Of a stretch of DNA of 58,182 nt, positions 48,624 through 58,182 are shown piece by piece. The stretch is taken from positions 62,001 through 120,182 of the IMG/VR virus record IMGVR_UViG_3300028888_000072, one strand, 5' to 3'. Under the pieces are notes generated by a model. That model did no database searches and was not told the DNA's origin. It saw only the letters and a program-made list of their open reading frames with translations. Within the stretch, counting starts at the first letter, position 1; each line of letters starts with the position of its first letter. This DNA is from an uncultured virus (IMG/VR IMGVR_UViG_3300028888_000072) (lineage: Duplodnaviria; Heunggongvirae; Uroviricota; Caudoviricetes). Both the position numbers and the translations under genes were made by a program.

Positions 48624-48633
48624 GTTCTCCTTT
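48608..48633. terminator. Bidirectional terminator
   Basis: AAAGGAGAAC-GATTAA-GTTCTCCTTT between convergent genes. Confidence 0.75.
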
Positions 48634-48656
48634 ATTATTTCAAATTATATCAATTA

Positions 48657-49943
48657 TTAATCTTTCTTTTCTTCTTTCTTTTCAAGTATTGCAAGATCTT
48701 GAGCAACTTTATTCAAAAGAGCGATTCTTACAGGATCATTACGATATTGTTCTGCAAGCATTGCTATCTTCTTCTTACGAATTGCATATTGTGCTTCCTT
48801 ATTAGCTTCAAGTTGTTCTCTAATTGCATCTTCTTCTGGTTTAGCTTTCTTACAATCTTCATTGATTCTATTTTCAAACATTGATCTTAAATCAATTCCT
48901 GACAACTTAATTACTTCATTTAATGCTTCAACTACATAATCATAATTCTTTGTGAATGATCCAGAGTGAACTGAATTAAATACTGTCAAATTAACTTGAT
49001 CTTTACCTTCAATTATTGCACAAGTAGTTCCATTATTTGTGTTAAGAATCTTGCAAGTATCAATCATCATTATATTTTCACAATTTTCAAATACATCAGC
49101 TATGGCTGTAGATACTTTCATAAAATGAAGTTTTTCAGCTACAGGCATAACCTTTGATAAGTTATTGCAATATTCACGGAACTTTATATGATCTTCAAAT
49201 TTTTCTGTAATATTAGGAGCTGTGAATTCAAGATTTGATTCAGAAATTTCAAAATGATAAATTCCACGACCACCTTTATATTCATAGTAAATATTATCAC
49301 CATTTCTTCCAAAGCTTTCAAGTAAAGAGTTAATGTGATTGAATTTTTCATCTTCACATTCTTTAACCATTTCTACTTTACTTTCACCAATCTTGAAGAT
49401 GTTACCCATAGCCTTGAAATACTTATCCTTAGTTTCAGCATTTTCATATACATAACTAATTGGATTTACTACGTTGTAATTAACTGCTTGAGCTTCAGTA
49501 ACCTGTGTCTTATAAACTTCTTTACATATTGTACGGAATTCAGGTATATACTGAATGTTCTTTAATGCACCTGCCTTAATATAGCTAACTACTTCAGCTT
49601 CGTTCATTTCTAAAAGATTTTCAACCTGAGATACACCAATCTTATTGATATAGTTATATGTTGAATTATTTGCAGATATGCTTTCACATGCAGATGCCAA
49701 TTTCCATGATATGTTATTTTCTTTGATGAAGTTGTTAACAGATTCTAAAATATTGGTTAAACCTGTATCAAAGCCGTACTTTGAAGCTTCAGCGACAAAG
49801 TTGTTTACCAAAGAACATGAAACTGGATTACCATAGCAATATCCGCGGTATCCCTTAAGCATTTCCTTACCTGCCTCAGTTATTGCTTCATTCTTAGATA
49901 TAAGTTCGGCAAAGTTAAGGTTTGTCAATAATTTTTCGCTCAT
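48657..49943 (-). CDS. Probable virion head/core protein
   Basis: Many (I/L/V/M)xE(S/A) sites (ITEA, ILES, MNEA, VTEA, LLES, ISES); structural gene context. Confidence 0.45.
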   Translation of the reverse strand: MSEKLLTNLNFAELISKNEAITEAGKEMLKGYRGYCYGNPVSCSLVNNFVAEASKYGFDTGLTNILESVNNFIKENNISWKLASACESISANNSTYNYINKIGVSQVENLLEMNEAEVVSYIKAGALKNIQYIPEFRTICKEVYKTQVTEAQAVNYNVVNPISYVYENAETKDKYFKAMGNIFKIGESKVEMVKECEDEKFNHINSLLESFGRNGDNIYYEYKGGRGIYHFEISESNLEFTAPNITEKFEDHIKFREYCNNLSKVMPVAEKLHFMKVSTAIADVFENCENIMMIDTCKILNTNNGTTCAIIEGKDQVNLTVFNSVHSGSFTKNYDYVVEALNEVIKLSGIDLRSMFENRINEDCKKAKPEEDAIREQLEANKEAQYAIRKKKIAMLAEQYRNDPVRIALLNKVAQDLAILEKKEEKKD

Positions 49944-50075
49944 ACTTTATATATTTGTTATATTTTTATATCTTTAATTTATAACAAAATGATTTGTTAT
50001 ATTACTTTTATATCATTTATTATTTATTTAATAATAATTAAAATTCTATTTGATTAATAAAAATTATAATATTTA

Positions 50076-50363
50076 TCACATTTTCCAACCCATTGTTCCA
50101 CAAATACTCGCCATAACTAACTTAGATGTCAATAAAGATCCGAATGTTCCTTTTGGATCACATCCTAAAGCTTTACATATTGCAGCACCAAGTTTAGGTC
50201 CAATTGTTGTACCGAGAATAACTCCACCTATTGCGCCAAGTAATCCTTCTTCAATAGGAGTATTGTTTTCTTTAGCTTCATTAAGTTTTTGAATGATTTC
50301 TTCATATGCTAAAGATTCATTTATTGTTTCTTGTTTATTTTCTTGTTCTGAAATAGTTTTCAT
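50076..50363 (-). CDS. Glycine-zipper membrane protein with putative propeptide
   Basis: INES/LNEA/IEEG followed by GLLGAIGGVILGTTIGPKLGAAI. Confidence 0.65.
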   Translation of the reverse strand: MKTISEQENKQETINESLAYEEIIQKLNEAKENNTPIEEGLLGAIGGVILGTTIGPKLGAAICKALGCDPKGTFGSLLTSKLVMASICGTMGWKM

Positions 50364-50515
50364 ATTTCTAAAAAATCTATATATTCTCTTGCATGCATTT
50401 TTATGTATAAAAAATTATACATATCTTTTTCATCGTTAAATATTCTAGTTTCTAATATTTTACCGCCATCTATAATATTAAATCCTATTCTATCTGTTAA
50501 GAATTGGATTTTCAT
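50360..50515 (-). CDS. Small hypothetical protein (51 aa), not in ORF track
   Basis: MKIQFLTDRIGFNIIDGGKILETRIFNDEKD...; ATGA overlap with the next gene. Confidence 0.6.
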   Translation of the reverse strand: MKIQFLTDRIGFNIIDGGKILETRIFNDEKDMYNFLYIKMHAREYIDFLEI

Positions 50516-50518
50516 ATA

Positions 50519-50902
50519 TTAAGAAATCTTTTCAATTATATTGTCATATGTTTCTTTATTGATAATTGGTATGAAGCATCTATCTACAAATACACCAATT
50601 ATATAACAATCATTTGGAGTATTTTTCTTCATAAGATATTCTTTGAAATATCCATCATAAGTTTCAACAGTCTCTCCACTGTCTTTAGGTGTTGTAAGAT
50701 ATTTCTTTTGTACCCATCTTATTGCTTCATGATTTTCACTTACTAAAAACATTGGAAGTCTTGATGTAGGAGTTTTATTTGCATCCCATATTTCCATACG
50801 TTTTACTATCATAGATACAACGCTATCAGAACCATCTTTAAATTCTAATAATCCTGAATCTATTGATTTGCTTTCATTTATAATATCGTAGATACTTTTC
50901 AT
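50519..50902 (-). CDS. Hypothetical protein, putative internal head protein
   Basis: Leader MKSIYDIINES. Confidence 0.6.
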   Translation of the reverse strand: MKSIYDIINESKSIDSGLLEFKDGSDSVVSMIVKRMEIWDANKTPTSRLPMFLVSENHEAIRWVQKKYLTTPKDSGETVETYDGYFKEYLMKKNTPNDCYIIGVFVDRCFIPIINKETYDNIIEKIS

Positions 50903-50934
50903 TATAATTTAATTCAATAAATATATATAATAAT

Positions 50935-50965
50935 AAAAAAGATAGGTTAATTAATAACCTATCTT
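50935..50965 (-). terminator. Rho-independent terminator
   Basis: AAGATAGGTTA-ATTAA-TAACCTATCTT with T run on the minus strand. Confidence 0.75.
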
Positions 50966-50988
50966 CTATGAAATATATCTTAATAATA

Positions 50989-52626
50989 TTAATATTTCTT
51001 TCTTTTCAATCTTTGAGCCTGAAGTTTCATTTGTTCTTTAATCATTGATTTAGCATCATCATCAGTAAAATCAGGATCACCTGCAGCAGTTTCAAATATC
51101 TTTGCACATATTCCGAATGTACGGATTGATACTTCCATTTCAGCATCAGCATTTGAAAGTTCTACAAGATAATCATATGCCTTAATCTTTGATTTTGGTG
51201 AAAGATGCTCAGGATCAATCGCTGGCATAAGTTTCTTAATGATATCCAAAAGTTCTTCAGTGGTAAATTTGATATCCTGTACGAATGATCGTCCTCTTAA
51301 TGCAGTATCAAGCGAACCTGCCTGATAGTTTGTAATAACGATAATTCCACCGTTATAATAGAAACGTTTTTCCATAGGTGTTCCTTCGTCATCCTTAAGA
51401 GGACCACTTACGCCATAACTTACTAAACGTCCTTCATCATCAGAAGTAGAATCCAATGCAGCTTTAAGAATATTAATACAGTCTTCTGAAGCACCAGGGC
51501 CAACTAATCCATCAGCATCATCAATTAATACGATGTTTCCTTTATCTTTATATTCATGTAAAGTAAGATATAATACTCTTGCAGTACATTTGCCTTTTAT
51601 TGTAATAAGATTATGTCCTTCATTATATCCAGCAGCTTTAAGTTGTTTCTTTACATTATATGTCTTACCAACACCAGGAGCACCGCATAATATAACTGAT
51701 GGGTTAATTCCTTTGATAACCATTTTAACATATTTGTTCATTTTCTTGAACACCATTTCAGGATCATCACGTTCCTCTTCAAATTGCTTTTGAGCTTTTT
51801 CTAATTCTTTATCAATTTCCATTGAAACTGATAAATTATGTTTTAATGCTAATCTAAGTTCTTGTAAAGTATTAGCACCGCCACGAATAGCTTTATCAAT
51901 ATCTTTAATATCTTCTACAGCTTGTTTCCAAGCGTTTTTTGCTTCTGGAGAATCATTCTTATGCGCACGCTTATGCTCAAGATCCTTAATTTTTCGATTC
52001 TTGTAATCTCTTACGTCGTCTTCCATTTCTTGTATTGTTTGTTGATTATTAAATATAGTATTTGCTATGTTTAATTCAAATACATCATTAATAATATTTG
52101 AAGAAAGATTTTCAAAAATACGGTATGTTAATGTTCCTCTATATATTAAACCTTCTTTAATCTTTTCATCTTTAAATATTTTTCTTCCTAAATCTAAAGC
52201 TTCACGTTCAGAAAGATTATAATCACCAGTATTTACAACAGTCCAAATGATAGGTAAGAAATATACTATAGAACTACCCATTGTATAAATCGTAAGATTT
52301 GCTTTTGCTTTACCTGTCCAAAGTATATCCATGTCTTTAAAGAAATCTATAGAAAATACGTTTGAATCATCTCCAGACTGTTTAAAGTTAATTTGGAATA
52401 ATGATGCATTTTCTGGATTCTTTTTTGGAACAATCATATATTGCTTAGACATATATTCAGAATCAGATTGTTTAACTTTAACATATCCAATTAATGGAAT
52501 AAGTCCTTCAATATGTTTCTTTAATACTGCATCTATTTTCTCAAATGCATTATCTATATCTTTATTATTGAAACTTTCTGTAACAAGTTTCTGTCTTCTT
52601 TCTAAAAAATTTAAAAAGGTAGTCAT
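50989..52626 (-). CDS. AAA+ ATPase with N-terminal extension
   Basis: Walker A GAPGVGKT, Walker B VLIDDAD, NILKAALD, sensor IIVITN, ALRGRS. Confidence 0.85.
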   Translation of the reverse strand: MTTFLNFLERRQKLVTESFNNKDIDNAFEKIDAVLKKHIEGLIPLIGYVKVKQSDSEYMSKQYMIVPKKNPENASLFQINFKQSGDDSNVFSIDFFKDMDILWTGKAKANLTIYTMGSSIVYFLPIIWTVVNTGDYNLSEREALDLGRKIFKDEKIKEGLIYRGTLTYRIFENLSSNIINDVFELNIANTIFNNQQTIQEMEDDVRDYKNRKIKDLEHKRAHKNDSPEAKNAWKQAVEDIKDIDKAIRGGANTLQELRLALKHNLSVSMEIDKELEKAQKQFEEERDDPEMVFKKMNKYVKMVIKGINPSVILCGAPGVGKTYNVKKQLKAAGYNEGHNLITIKGKCTARVLYLTLHEYKDKGNIVLIDDADGLVGPGASEDCINILKAALDSTSDDEGRLVSYGVSGPLKDDEGTPMEKRFYYNGGIIVITNYQAGSLDTALRGRSFVQDIKFTTEELLDIIKKLMPAIDPEHLSPKSKIKAYDYLVELSNADAEMEVSIRTFGICAKIFETAAGDPDFTDDDAKSMIKEQMKLQAQRLKRKKY

Positions 52627-52633
52627 ATTTTAA

Positions 52634-54319
52634 TTATATAAAATAAATTTCTATATCGTTAATCATTATTGAATCTTTTTTATTCTTAATTGATCCTTCT
52701 TTCTCAGGATAATATTTAAATCCACCATGAAGCATTGGCACTTCAAGTTTAGAATCTAATGAAATATTTCCATATTCATCTAATCCTGGCAAATCAGATT
52801 TATCATATATGTGTTTAACAGGAATATAATAGTAAACACCATTATTATGTTTTAATTCGTATTTAATATATGAATTTTCATAATATGCTTTTTCTGCTGC
52901 TTCAGATATAATATTAATGTCTAATCCTTTTATATCAGAACAGTTATTCATTATATTAGATATCAGTTCAGCCTTTGAAATAAATTGTGTACTATCTTTA
53001 AGATTAATGAAATAATCTAATAATGTATTGCGAATTGAATCTCTTACAGTATCTTTAACATATACGTTATCTATTTTTACATAACATAAGAATGCATATT
53101 TTCTAATAACGGGATCTTTAAAGTTAATTGTTATTCCAGCAAAAGTCTTTTTAGAATTTTCCAATGTATTAATAATCATATCTTTTTGCTCTTTATTCAG
53201 AACCATATCTTTTGCATCATACTTAAGATAATCTTTATTTGACTTCAGACGTTCTTTGATATTAGTTAACGCAACAACATTAACCGTCATATTATTTGAT
53301 TCTGACCAACAAGATATATATCCTATAAATGAAAAACGTTTAAAGAATAGTCTGAAATTGTCTTCAGATGCCAATACTAATGAACGAGAATTTGTTCCTA
53401 CCATATTTCTAATAAAATCAATAGTATCAGAATCAGTTCCACCTGATACACAAGTAGACATTGTTAATTTCATATAATCATTTATGTTAATACTGTTTCC
53501 TAAACTATCTTTACCATATTCTGAAAATATAAAATCTGTAGCAGTATTTTCTGAAATGTTTCCAGATTCACCAGTGTGCTTTAAATAATCAACTGTTACA
53601 GAATCACCTTCTTCCATAATCTTTCCATAAACACCATTACCAAATATTATATCAAAAGTATTGTCATAACCTATTGATAACATATATTCGTGACCATCTT
53701 CAGTCATATCATAAAGATTGCCAACTTCTTCCCATGTTTCACCATTTACTTTTACTTCTATATATGATCTATCAAATAATTGTAATGAAGTTATATGTAT
53801 TGCTTCTAATGATGTTCCTTTAGCACTATACACATATCTTTCATATTCTCCTTGGACAATTTTAAATTGGTGAGTTACTAATGGTTTTGAAACATCAAAT
53901 ACATAAGTATCAGTTGGAAGTATTATTGAATATTCTACACCAGTATTCTTATTTCTTACTGTGCAATGATTATGAATAAATACTTTCGTAGATTTTGAAT
54001 CTAAACCATTATTAATCTCAAGTTTGCCAAGCAATAATCCTGAAGCAGCTGAACCATAATATGCTTCATAACCAGAAACTTTTGCTAATGAATATACAGA
54101 TTGCTTTCTACTTGCTTTAAATATATTTTGTTCTGTTAAAGCATCTTCTATATAAAACATAGCATTCTGCATAACACCCTTGATACCATTGAATATAATA
54201 CCAAATAATTGATTATTTGAATATTGCATTCCAATAGCATTTAATGCTTTTGATAAATATTGATTAATCGTATTATCAAATTTTTCAAAAGAAGTATCTA
54301 TTGTCTTAAATAATTTCAT
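52634..54319 (-). CDS. Baseplate wedge protein (T4 gp6-like)
   Basis: ASRKQSVYSLAKVSGY, IIFGNGVYGK, VDYLKHTGESGN, SGGTDSDTIDFIR; adjacent to gp25-like gene. Confidence 0.85.
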   Translation of the reverse strand: MKLFKTIDTSFEKFDNTINQYLSKALNAIGMQYSNNQLFGIIFNGIKGVMQNAMFYIEDALTEQNIFKASRKQSVYSLAKVSGYEAYYGSAASGLLLGKLEINNGLDSKSTKVFIHNHCTVRNKNTGVEYSIILPTDTYVFDVSKPLVTHQFKIVQGEYERYVYSAKGTSLEAIHITSLQLFDRSYIEVKVNGETWEEVGNLYDMTEDGHEYMLSIGYDNTFDIIFGNGVYGKIMEEGDSVTVDYLKHTGESGNISENTATDFIFSEYGKDSLGNSININDYMKLTMSTCVSGGTDSDTIDFIRNMVGTNSRSLVLASEDNFRLFFKRFSFIGYISCWSESNNMTVNVVALTNIKERLKSNKDYLKYDAKDMVLNKEQKDMIINTLENSKKTFAGITINFKDPVIRKYAFLCYVKIDNVYVKDTVRDSIRNTLLDYFINLKDSTQFISKAELISNIMNNCSDIKGLDINIISEAAEKAYYENSYIKYELKHNNGVYYYIPVKHIYDKSDLPGLDEYGNISLDSKLEVPMLHGGFKYYPEKEGSIKNKKDSIMINDIEIYFI

Positions 54320-54336
54320 ATTATATTATCTTTATA

Positions 54337-54678
54337 TTATCTAAATTCATAGTTACGAATTACTTCGTTATTGTTATTGTCATATACATGTATTCTTATT
54401 TTATATATAAGACGATATTGGCCAAAATCTGTTGTAACTTCTACATCGGTCTTTAATTGTGAAAGATATAATGTAGATGCAATTTTATCTCTAATATATT
54501 GTCTTAATTGATCTTCTTCTGGAGATATTCTCCATAGAAACTGTTCAAAATTTGTACCGTATGTAGGATATCCTAATAATTCAGTTGTATCTGTATTAAA
54601 TAATATATCCAATTCCTGAACAGCTTCATCCATTAAGTTTCTAATAATTACTCTTCCGTCTAATGCTAAATCTATCAT
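54337..54678 (-). CDS. Baseplate wedge / sheath initiator (T4 gp25/GPW-like)
   Basis: QELDILFNT...ELLGYPTYGTNFEQFLW. Confidence 0.8.
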   Translation of the reverse strand: MIDLALDGRVIIRNLMDEAVQELDILFNTDTTELLGYPTYGTNFEQFLWRISPEEDQLRQYIRDKIASTLYLSQLKTDVEVTTDFGQYRLIYKIRIHVYDNNNNEVIRNYEFR

Positions 54679-54687
54679 AATATATAA

Positions 54688-56805
54688 TTATTTAATTTCC
54701 CAGTTTCCAGATGATATATAATCATCATCTTGATTAACAATATTATAATATCCTGATGTTTTTGAAATAATAGCAGTATTAATATTGAATATTACATATA
54801 TATCATTTCTTCCAGTTTCAACATATTGTGTTCCATCTATATTGATTTTAAATGTTTCAACTTTTGTCATATATTCAGATAGGTTAATTCCAATATTTTG
54901 AGATATGCCTTTAACTAACTTAATATTCTGAAGTTCTTTAACTTTATAGAATATAGGCTTATATATTATCTTCTGAATATTGCTTTCAGTAGGCTTAATA
55001 GCATTTGTTGAATCGTTCTTATTGACTCTGCATTTAATGTTATTAATAAAGTTTATATTGTTTTCTTGTAATCTTATTTCTTTCATATCATCAGAATTAC
55101 CTAAATTATAATTTATTTGAGATAGACTATGTAATCTATATATGTTATTATCATTAATTAAATATTTACGCCATTCATTACTTATAATAATAGGATTACT
55201 TACGAGTTCAATTCCAAGTATCCTATCATAGAATAATATTCTCGCTACTAATTGCTCAGGAAATTGCTTATATTGTTGAAATATTCCATTTAATGCAAAT
55301 GAGAAATCATCTAAATCATCTAAGTTAATTCTAACGTTTTTGTCATATATAATATTATTGAACCATATTGAAGATGATATCTGTACTTTAAATCCTAAGA
55401 AATTACTTGGTGTTCCCATTTCATCTTCATATTCTTTCAATATTGATTCTTTCATTAATGATTTCCATTTCTCCAATATTTCATCATCACTTGAATATGC
55501 AGTATTTGTAATCTCTATAACCTGTTGCTTTATTTGGTCATTAATTGAATTTACACTATCAATAGTTTCTAACTGTTTTTGTATATCTTCATTAATGAAC
55601 ATATTATATATATCTGTATCAATACTATTATAATATACATATGCTTCTTTAACTGGTGTTGTTGTAGAATCGTTTTTATATAAATTATAAAAGTATGATT
55701 CATTAGGATATTTAAAGAATGTAATAATTGAAATTATTCCGCCATCAAAACCTAAACATGAATTTAATTCAAATTTGATATTATTTGTAAATGATGATGT
55801 TACTGAATTTAAATTATCATTAATTCTATAAAGTTGTAATTCATCATCAATTTTACTAAAAGGATATATTATCAAATTTATAGGATATGTAAGATAATTA
55901 TTTTCAATAGATAACTTATTTTTTAAATAAAGCTTTACAAATATCTTATCATCATTCGATAAATCTTCATCATAGTTTAATGCGTTTTCAGCAGCATATT
56001 CTTCAACTATTCTGTATGGTTGTATTAATAAATTCATTGGTACTATTTGAGCACCATCATAATCTTCAGACTGAATAAGATCATCAGAATTACTCATTAT
56101 AGAATTAATAAACCTTTCATTTTTTGTTGAAGCAACAATATCCATATCTTCTTTATAAAAAGTCATATATTCTCCATCGTCATTAATCTTAAATAAGTCA
56201 TTAAGATTTGGATAATATATTTCTATAAATTCAGAATATACTTCATTATTTACTTTTATTTCTGTTTCTGTTTTTGGTTCATAATCTTTTATCTGTTTGC
56301 ATAAATAATGAAAATGAATATTGTTTATATAATTAGTTATATCTATAATAGCATCCATATTCTTTTTAGACATTGGATGATATATTCTTATCTTATCACA
56401 TTTAATTTTCTTAGAAACTAATCTATTATTTTTCTTTTCATATATTTCATAAACAGCATCTCCATATTCATCTCCATTATATAATGATAAGTTATCATTC
56501 AAATTGAAACTTGAATTAAACTTTATATATGTATTTGAATATGATATTATATCTGATGATGTATCAGGAAATACTATTGATTCTCCATGATGATCATTAT
56601 TTTCTTTTAATTCCTTTATATATTCATTAAAGAAAGACTTTTCAATTATGTAAATATCAGTATCATTTGCTATATTGTTTATAATTGAAAAATTTCTTAA
56701 CATAACAAATTCTGCATAATACTGTATATTTCCTAAGTCAGTATCTGCATCATAATGTTCTATTAAAAACCTATGTTCTCCTATATTAACTACATTTCTT
56801 TTCAT
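54688..56805 (-). CDS. Hypothetical protein, probably virion structural
   Basis: 705 aa; first gene of the gp25/gp6 operon. Confidence 0.55.
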   Translation of the reverse strand: MKRNVVNIGEHRFLIEHYDADTDLGNIQYYAEFVMLRNFSIINNIANDTDIYIIEKSFFNEYIKELKENNDHHGESIVFPDTSSDIISYSNTYIKFNSSFNLNDNLSLYNGDEYGDAVYEIYEKKNNRLVSKKIKCDKIRIYHPMSKKNMDAIIDITNYINNIHFHYLCKQIKDYEPKTETEIKVNNEVYSEFIEIYYPNLNDLFKINDDGEYMTFYKEDMDIVASTKNERFINSIMSNSDDLIQSEDYDGAQIVPMNLLIQPYRIVEEYAAENALNYDEDLSNDDKIFVKLYLKNKLSIENNYLTYPINLIIYPFSKIDDELQLYRINDNLNSVTSSFTNNIKFELNSCLGFDGGIISIITFFKYPNESYFYNLYKNDSTTTPVKEAYVYYNSIDTDIYNMFINEDIQKQLETIDSVNSINDQIKQQVIEITNTAYSSDDEILEKWKSLMKESILKEYEDEMGTPSNFLGFKVQISSSIWFNNIIYDKNVRINLDDLDDFSFALNGIFQQYKQFPEQLVARILFYDRILGIELVSNPIIISNEWRKYLINDNNIYRLHSLSQINYNLGNSDDMKEIRLQENNINFINNIKCRVNKNDSTNAIKPTESNIQKIIYKPIFYKVKELQNIKLVKGISQNIGINLSEYMTKVETFKINIDGTQYVETGRNDIYVIFNINTAIISKTSGYYNIVNQDDDYISSGNWEIK

Positions 56806-56839
56806 ACTTATATACTATATATAAAAATATAAATTCTTT

Positions 56840-56867
56840 TTGAATTTTTAATATTAAATACTATATT
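56840..56867 (+). promoter_or_regulatory. Putative early promoter TTGAA-N16-CTATATT
   Basis: Exact motif in a divergent intergenic region. Confidence 0.65.
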
Positions 56868-56894
56868 AAATTATAATTTAAATAATATATAAAA

Positions 56895-57164
56895 ATGAAT
56901 CTTTACAATTGGTATAAATTTCATAAAGGAGAATTTGGAGAAGATATTACTGAGTATAAAGGATATCGGATTGAAATTTATTATGATTATACAAATAATA
57001 AATATTCTGCTGATGCTTTTGATTTAGTTGCTCAAGAATATGTATTTTATCCTTGCATTACAGATAACACAGATATTGAAAATGTAATCGAAACTGCAAT
57101 TGCTCGTATTGATAAGAAAATTGAACTTAATGATAGATTTAATGATATTTTAATTTACGAATAA
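56895..57164 (+). CDS. Hypothetical protein
   Basis: First ORF after the promoter. Confidence 0.6.
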   Translation: MNLYNWYKFHKGEFGEDITEYKGYRIEIYYDYTNNKYSADAFDLVAQEYVFYPCITDNTDIENVIETAIARIDKKIELNDRFNDILIYE

Positions 57165-57167
57165 TAG

Positions 57168-57437
57168 ATGAGACCAAGGATTAATTCATTTGGAAAGATT
57201 ACGTATACTGAACTTAATAAGTATCTTACTGATAATGCAGTATATAGTTTCATTATTGAAATCAAAAAAGATACTTATGTTTATTCATATAACATTATGT
57301 ATCGTTTCAATAAGAAAGATCCAGAGATGCTATATATAGAGGTATCACAAACATCTAAATTAGTAATTGGTGCTTGGACAAACTGGGGTAAGAAATTCAA
57401 TAATATAGATGAACTTAAAACATATACGAAAAGATGA
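57168..57437 (+). CDS. Hypothetical protein
   Basis: Operon-packed ORF. Confidence 0.6.
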   Translation: MRPRINSFGKITYTELNKYLTDNAVYSFIIEIKKDTYVYSYNIMYRFNKKDPEMLYIEVSQTSKLVIGAWTNWGKKFNNIDELKTYTKR

Positions 57438-57793
57438 AATATCCATTTAATTTTAAAGGAATGAATCCTGAGGATCTTTGTGAAGGTAAATTTATTAAAC
57501 TTCAGACTTTTTGGAGAGACAGTAATTCAGATGACCCATATTGGCATTACAAAAATTCTTATACTGATGGCCCTTTTAAAGTACTTGAAGTAAATAAGAA
57601 GGGAGATAACAAATGGCAGATTAAACTTATTGATACTAAAGAATATTATGGTATTCATGGCAAAAAACCTATATATCTTAAGAAACGTATTACTGTAAAC
57701 GAAAATGGAGTTTCCAATGTAATTTCATGTTCATCACAAAAGAAGTTCTTTAGTAGAGTAGTTATTTATGGTAATGTAAATCTTTTTGAATAA
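57434..57793 (+). CDS. Hypothetical protein
   Basis: ATGA-coupled ORF. Confidence 0.6.
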   Translation: MKYPFNFKGMNPEDLCEGKFIKLQTFWRDSNSDDPYWHYKNSYTDGPFKVLEVNKKGDNKWQIKLIDTKEYYGIHGKKPIYLKKRITVNENGVSNVISCSSQKKFFSRVVIYGNVNLFE

Positions 57794-57805
57794 TCTTTTT
57801 GAATA

Positions 57806-58120
57806 ATGGAAAAAAGTAAATTTAATATTATTTCTGTTGATACTGCTCGTACATTGACTCTTAAGAAGATAATGGCAGACATGGAGAATGATCCAATGTT
57901 TAAAGATTTTTATGCTGAATATATTGCAAATATAAACAAGAAGATTTATGAATCAATCAGAGATGGTTATGTTAGTTTCATTTTAGAAGGTGAACGTGGT
58001 GAGCTTCCTGGAAAGGTTGAAGCATTATTATTGTTACAGGGATATCAGATAATCCGAAGAGATGAGAATAGTTTTTATGTAAATTTTGTAGACATTAATA
58101 ATACATATCATAATTTGTAA
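57806..58120 (+). CDS. Hypothetical protein
   Basis: Operon-packed ORF. Confidence 0.6.
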   Translation: MEKSKFNIISVDTARTLTLKKIMADMENDPMFKDFYAEYIANINKKIYESIRDGYVSFILEGERGELPGKVEALLLLQGYQIIRRDENSFYVNFVDINNTYHNL

Positions 58121-58182
58121 ATATAAATACAATGTTAATAAGTAGAAAACCATATTGTAATAATTGTAAAAATCGTGGTTCA

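Noticed and set aside
1..58182. Active stop-codon reassignment (code 15 or 4)
   Set aside because: Long conserved genes, including late structural genes, are intact and densely packed under code 11.
1..58182. CRISPR array, complete DGR, retron, group I/II intron or intein
   Set aside because: No regularly spaced direct repeats, no reverse transcriptase, no split conserved genes and no intein termini were recognised by eye.

Overview
A very AT-rich, gene-dense 58 kb segment of a large (jumbo) T4-like myophage, most likely infecting Bacteroidota (Prevotella/Bacteroides-like host). The host inference rests on -33/-7-like promoters, the absence of Shine-Dalgarno motifs and a Bacteroidales-type OmpA. 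Virion genes are scattered: gp4-like head completion nuclease, gp2-like DNA end protector, tape measure, gp3-like tail terminator, gp6 and gp25 baseplate proteins, a probable head core protein, and an LRR/CLec adhesin. They are interspersed with nucleotide and DNA metabolism genes (dUTPase, IMPDH/GMP reductase, C5 methyltransferase, DinG helicase, RuvC) and long runs of small early genes. Main findings: (1) a 117-nt tRNA-shaped RNA at 31474-31590 with no anticodon loop and a duplicated [GGCA hairpin + T-arm] module, lying between an RtcB ligase and an ATP-dependent RNA ligase plus HNH nuclease, which may form an RNA decoy/repair system; (2) about 13 unrelated proteins sharing an N-terminal MKx(L/I)xxx(I/L/V)xE leader resembling the T4 capsid-targeting/prohead-protease signal, suggesting a catalogue of packaged cargo; (3) a recurring TTGAA-N16-CTATATT promoter; (4) two related palindromic intergenic elements; (5) a GH73-like lysin missed by the ORF track, with a structured leader. 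All functional calls come from reading motifs by eye; no database searches were run.
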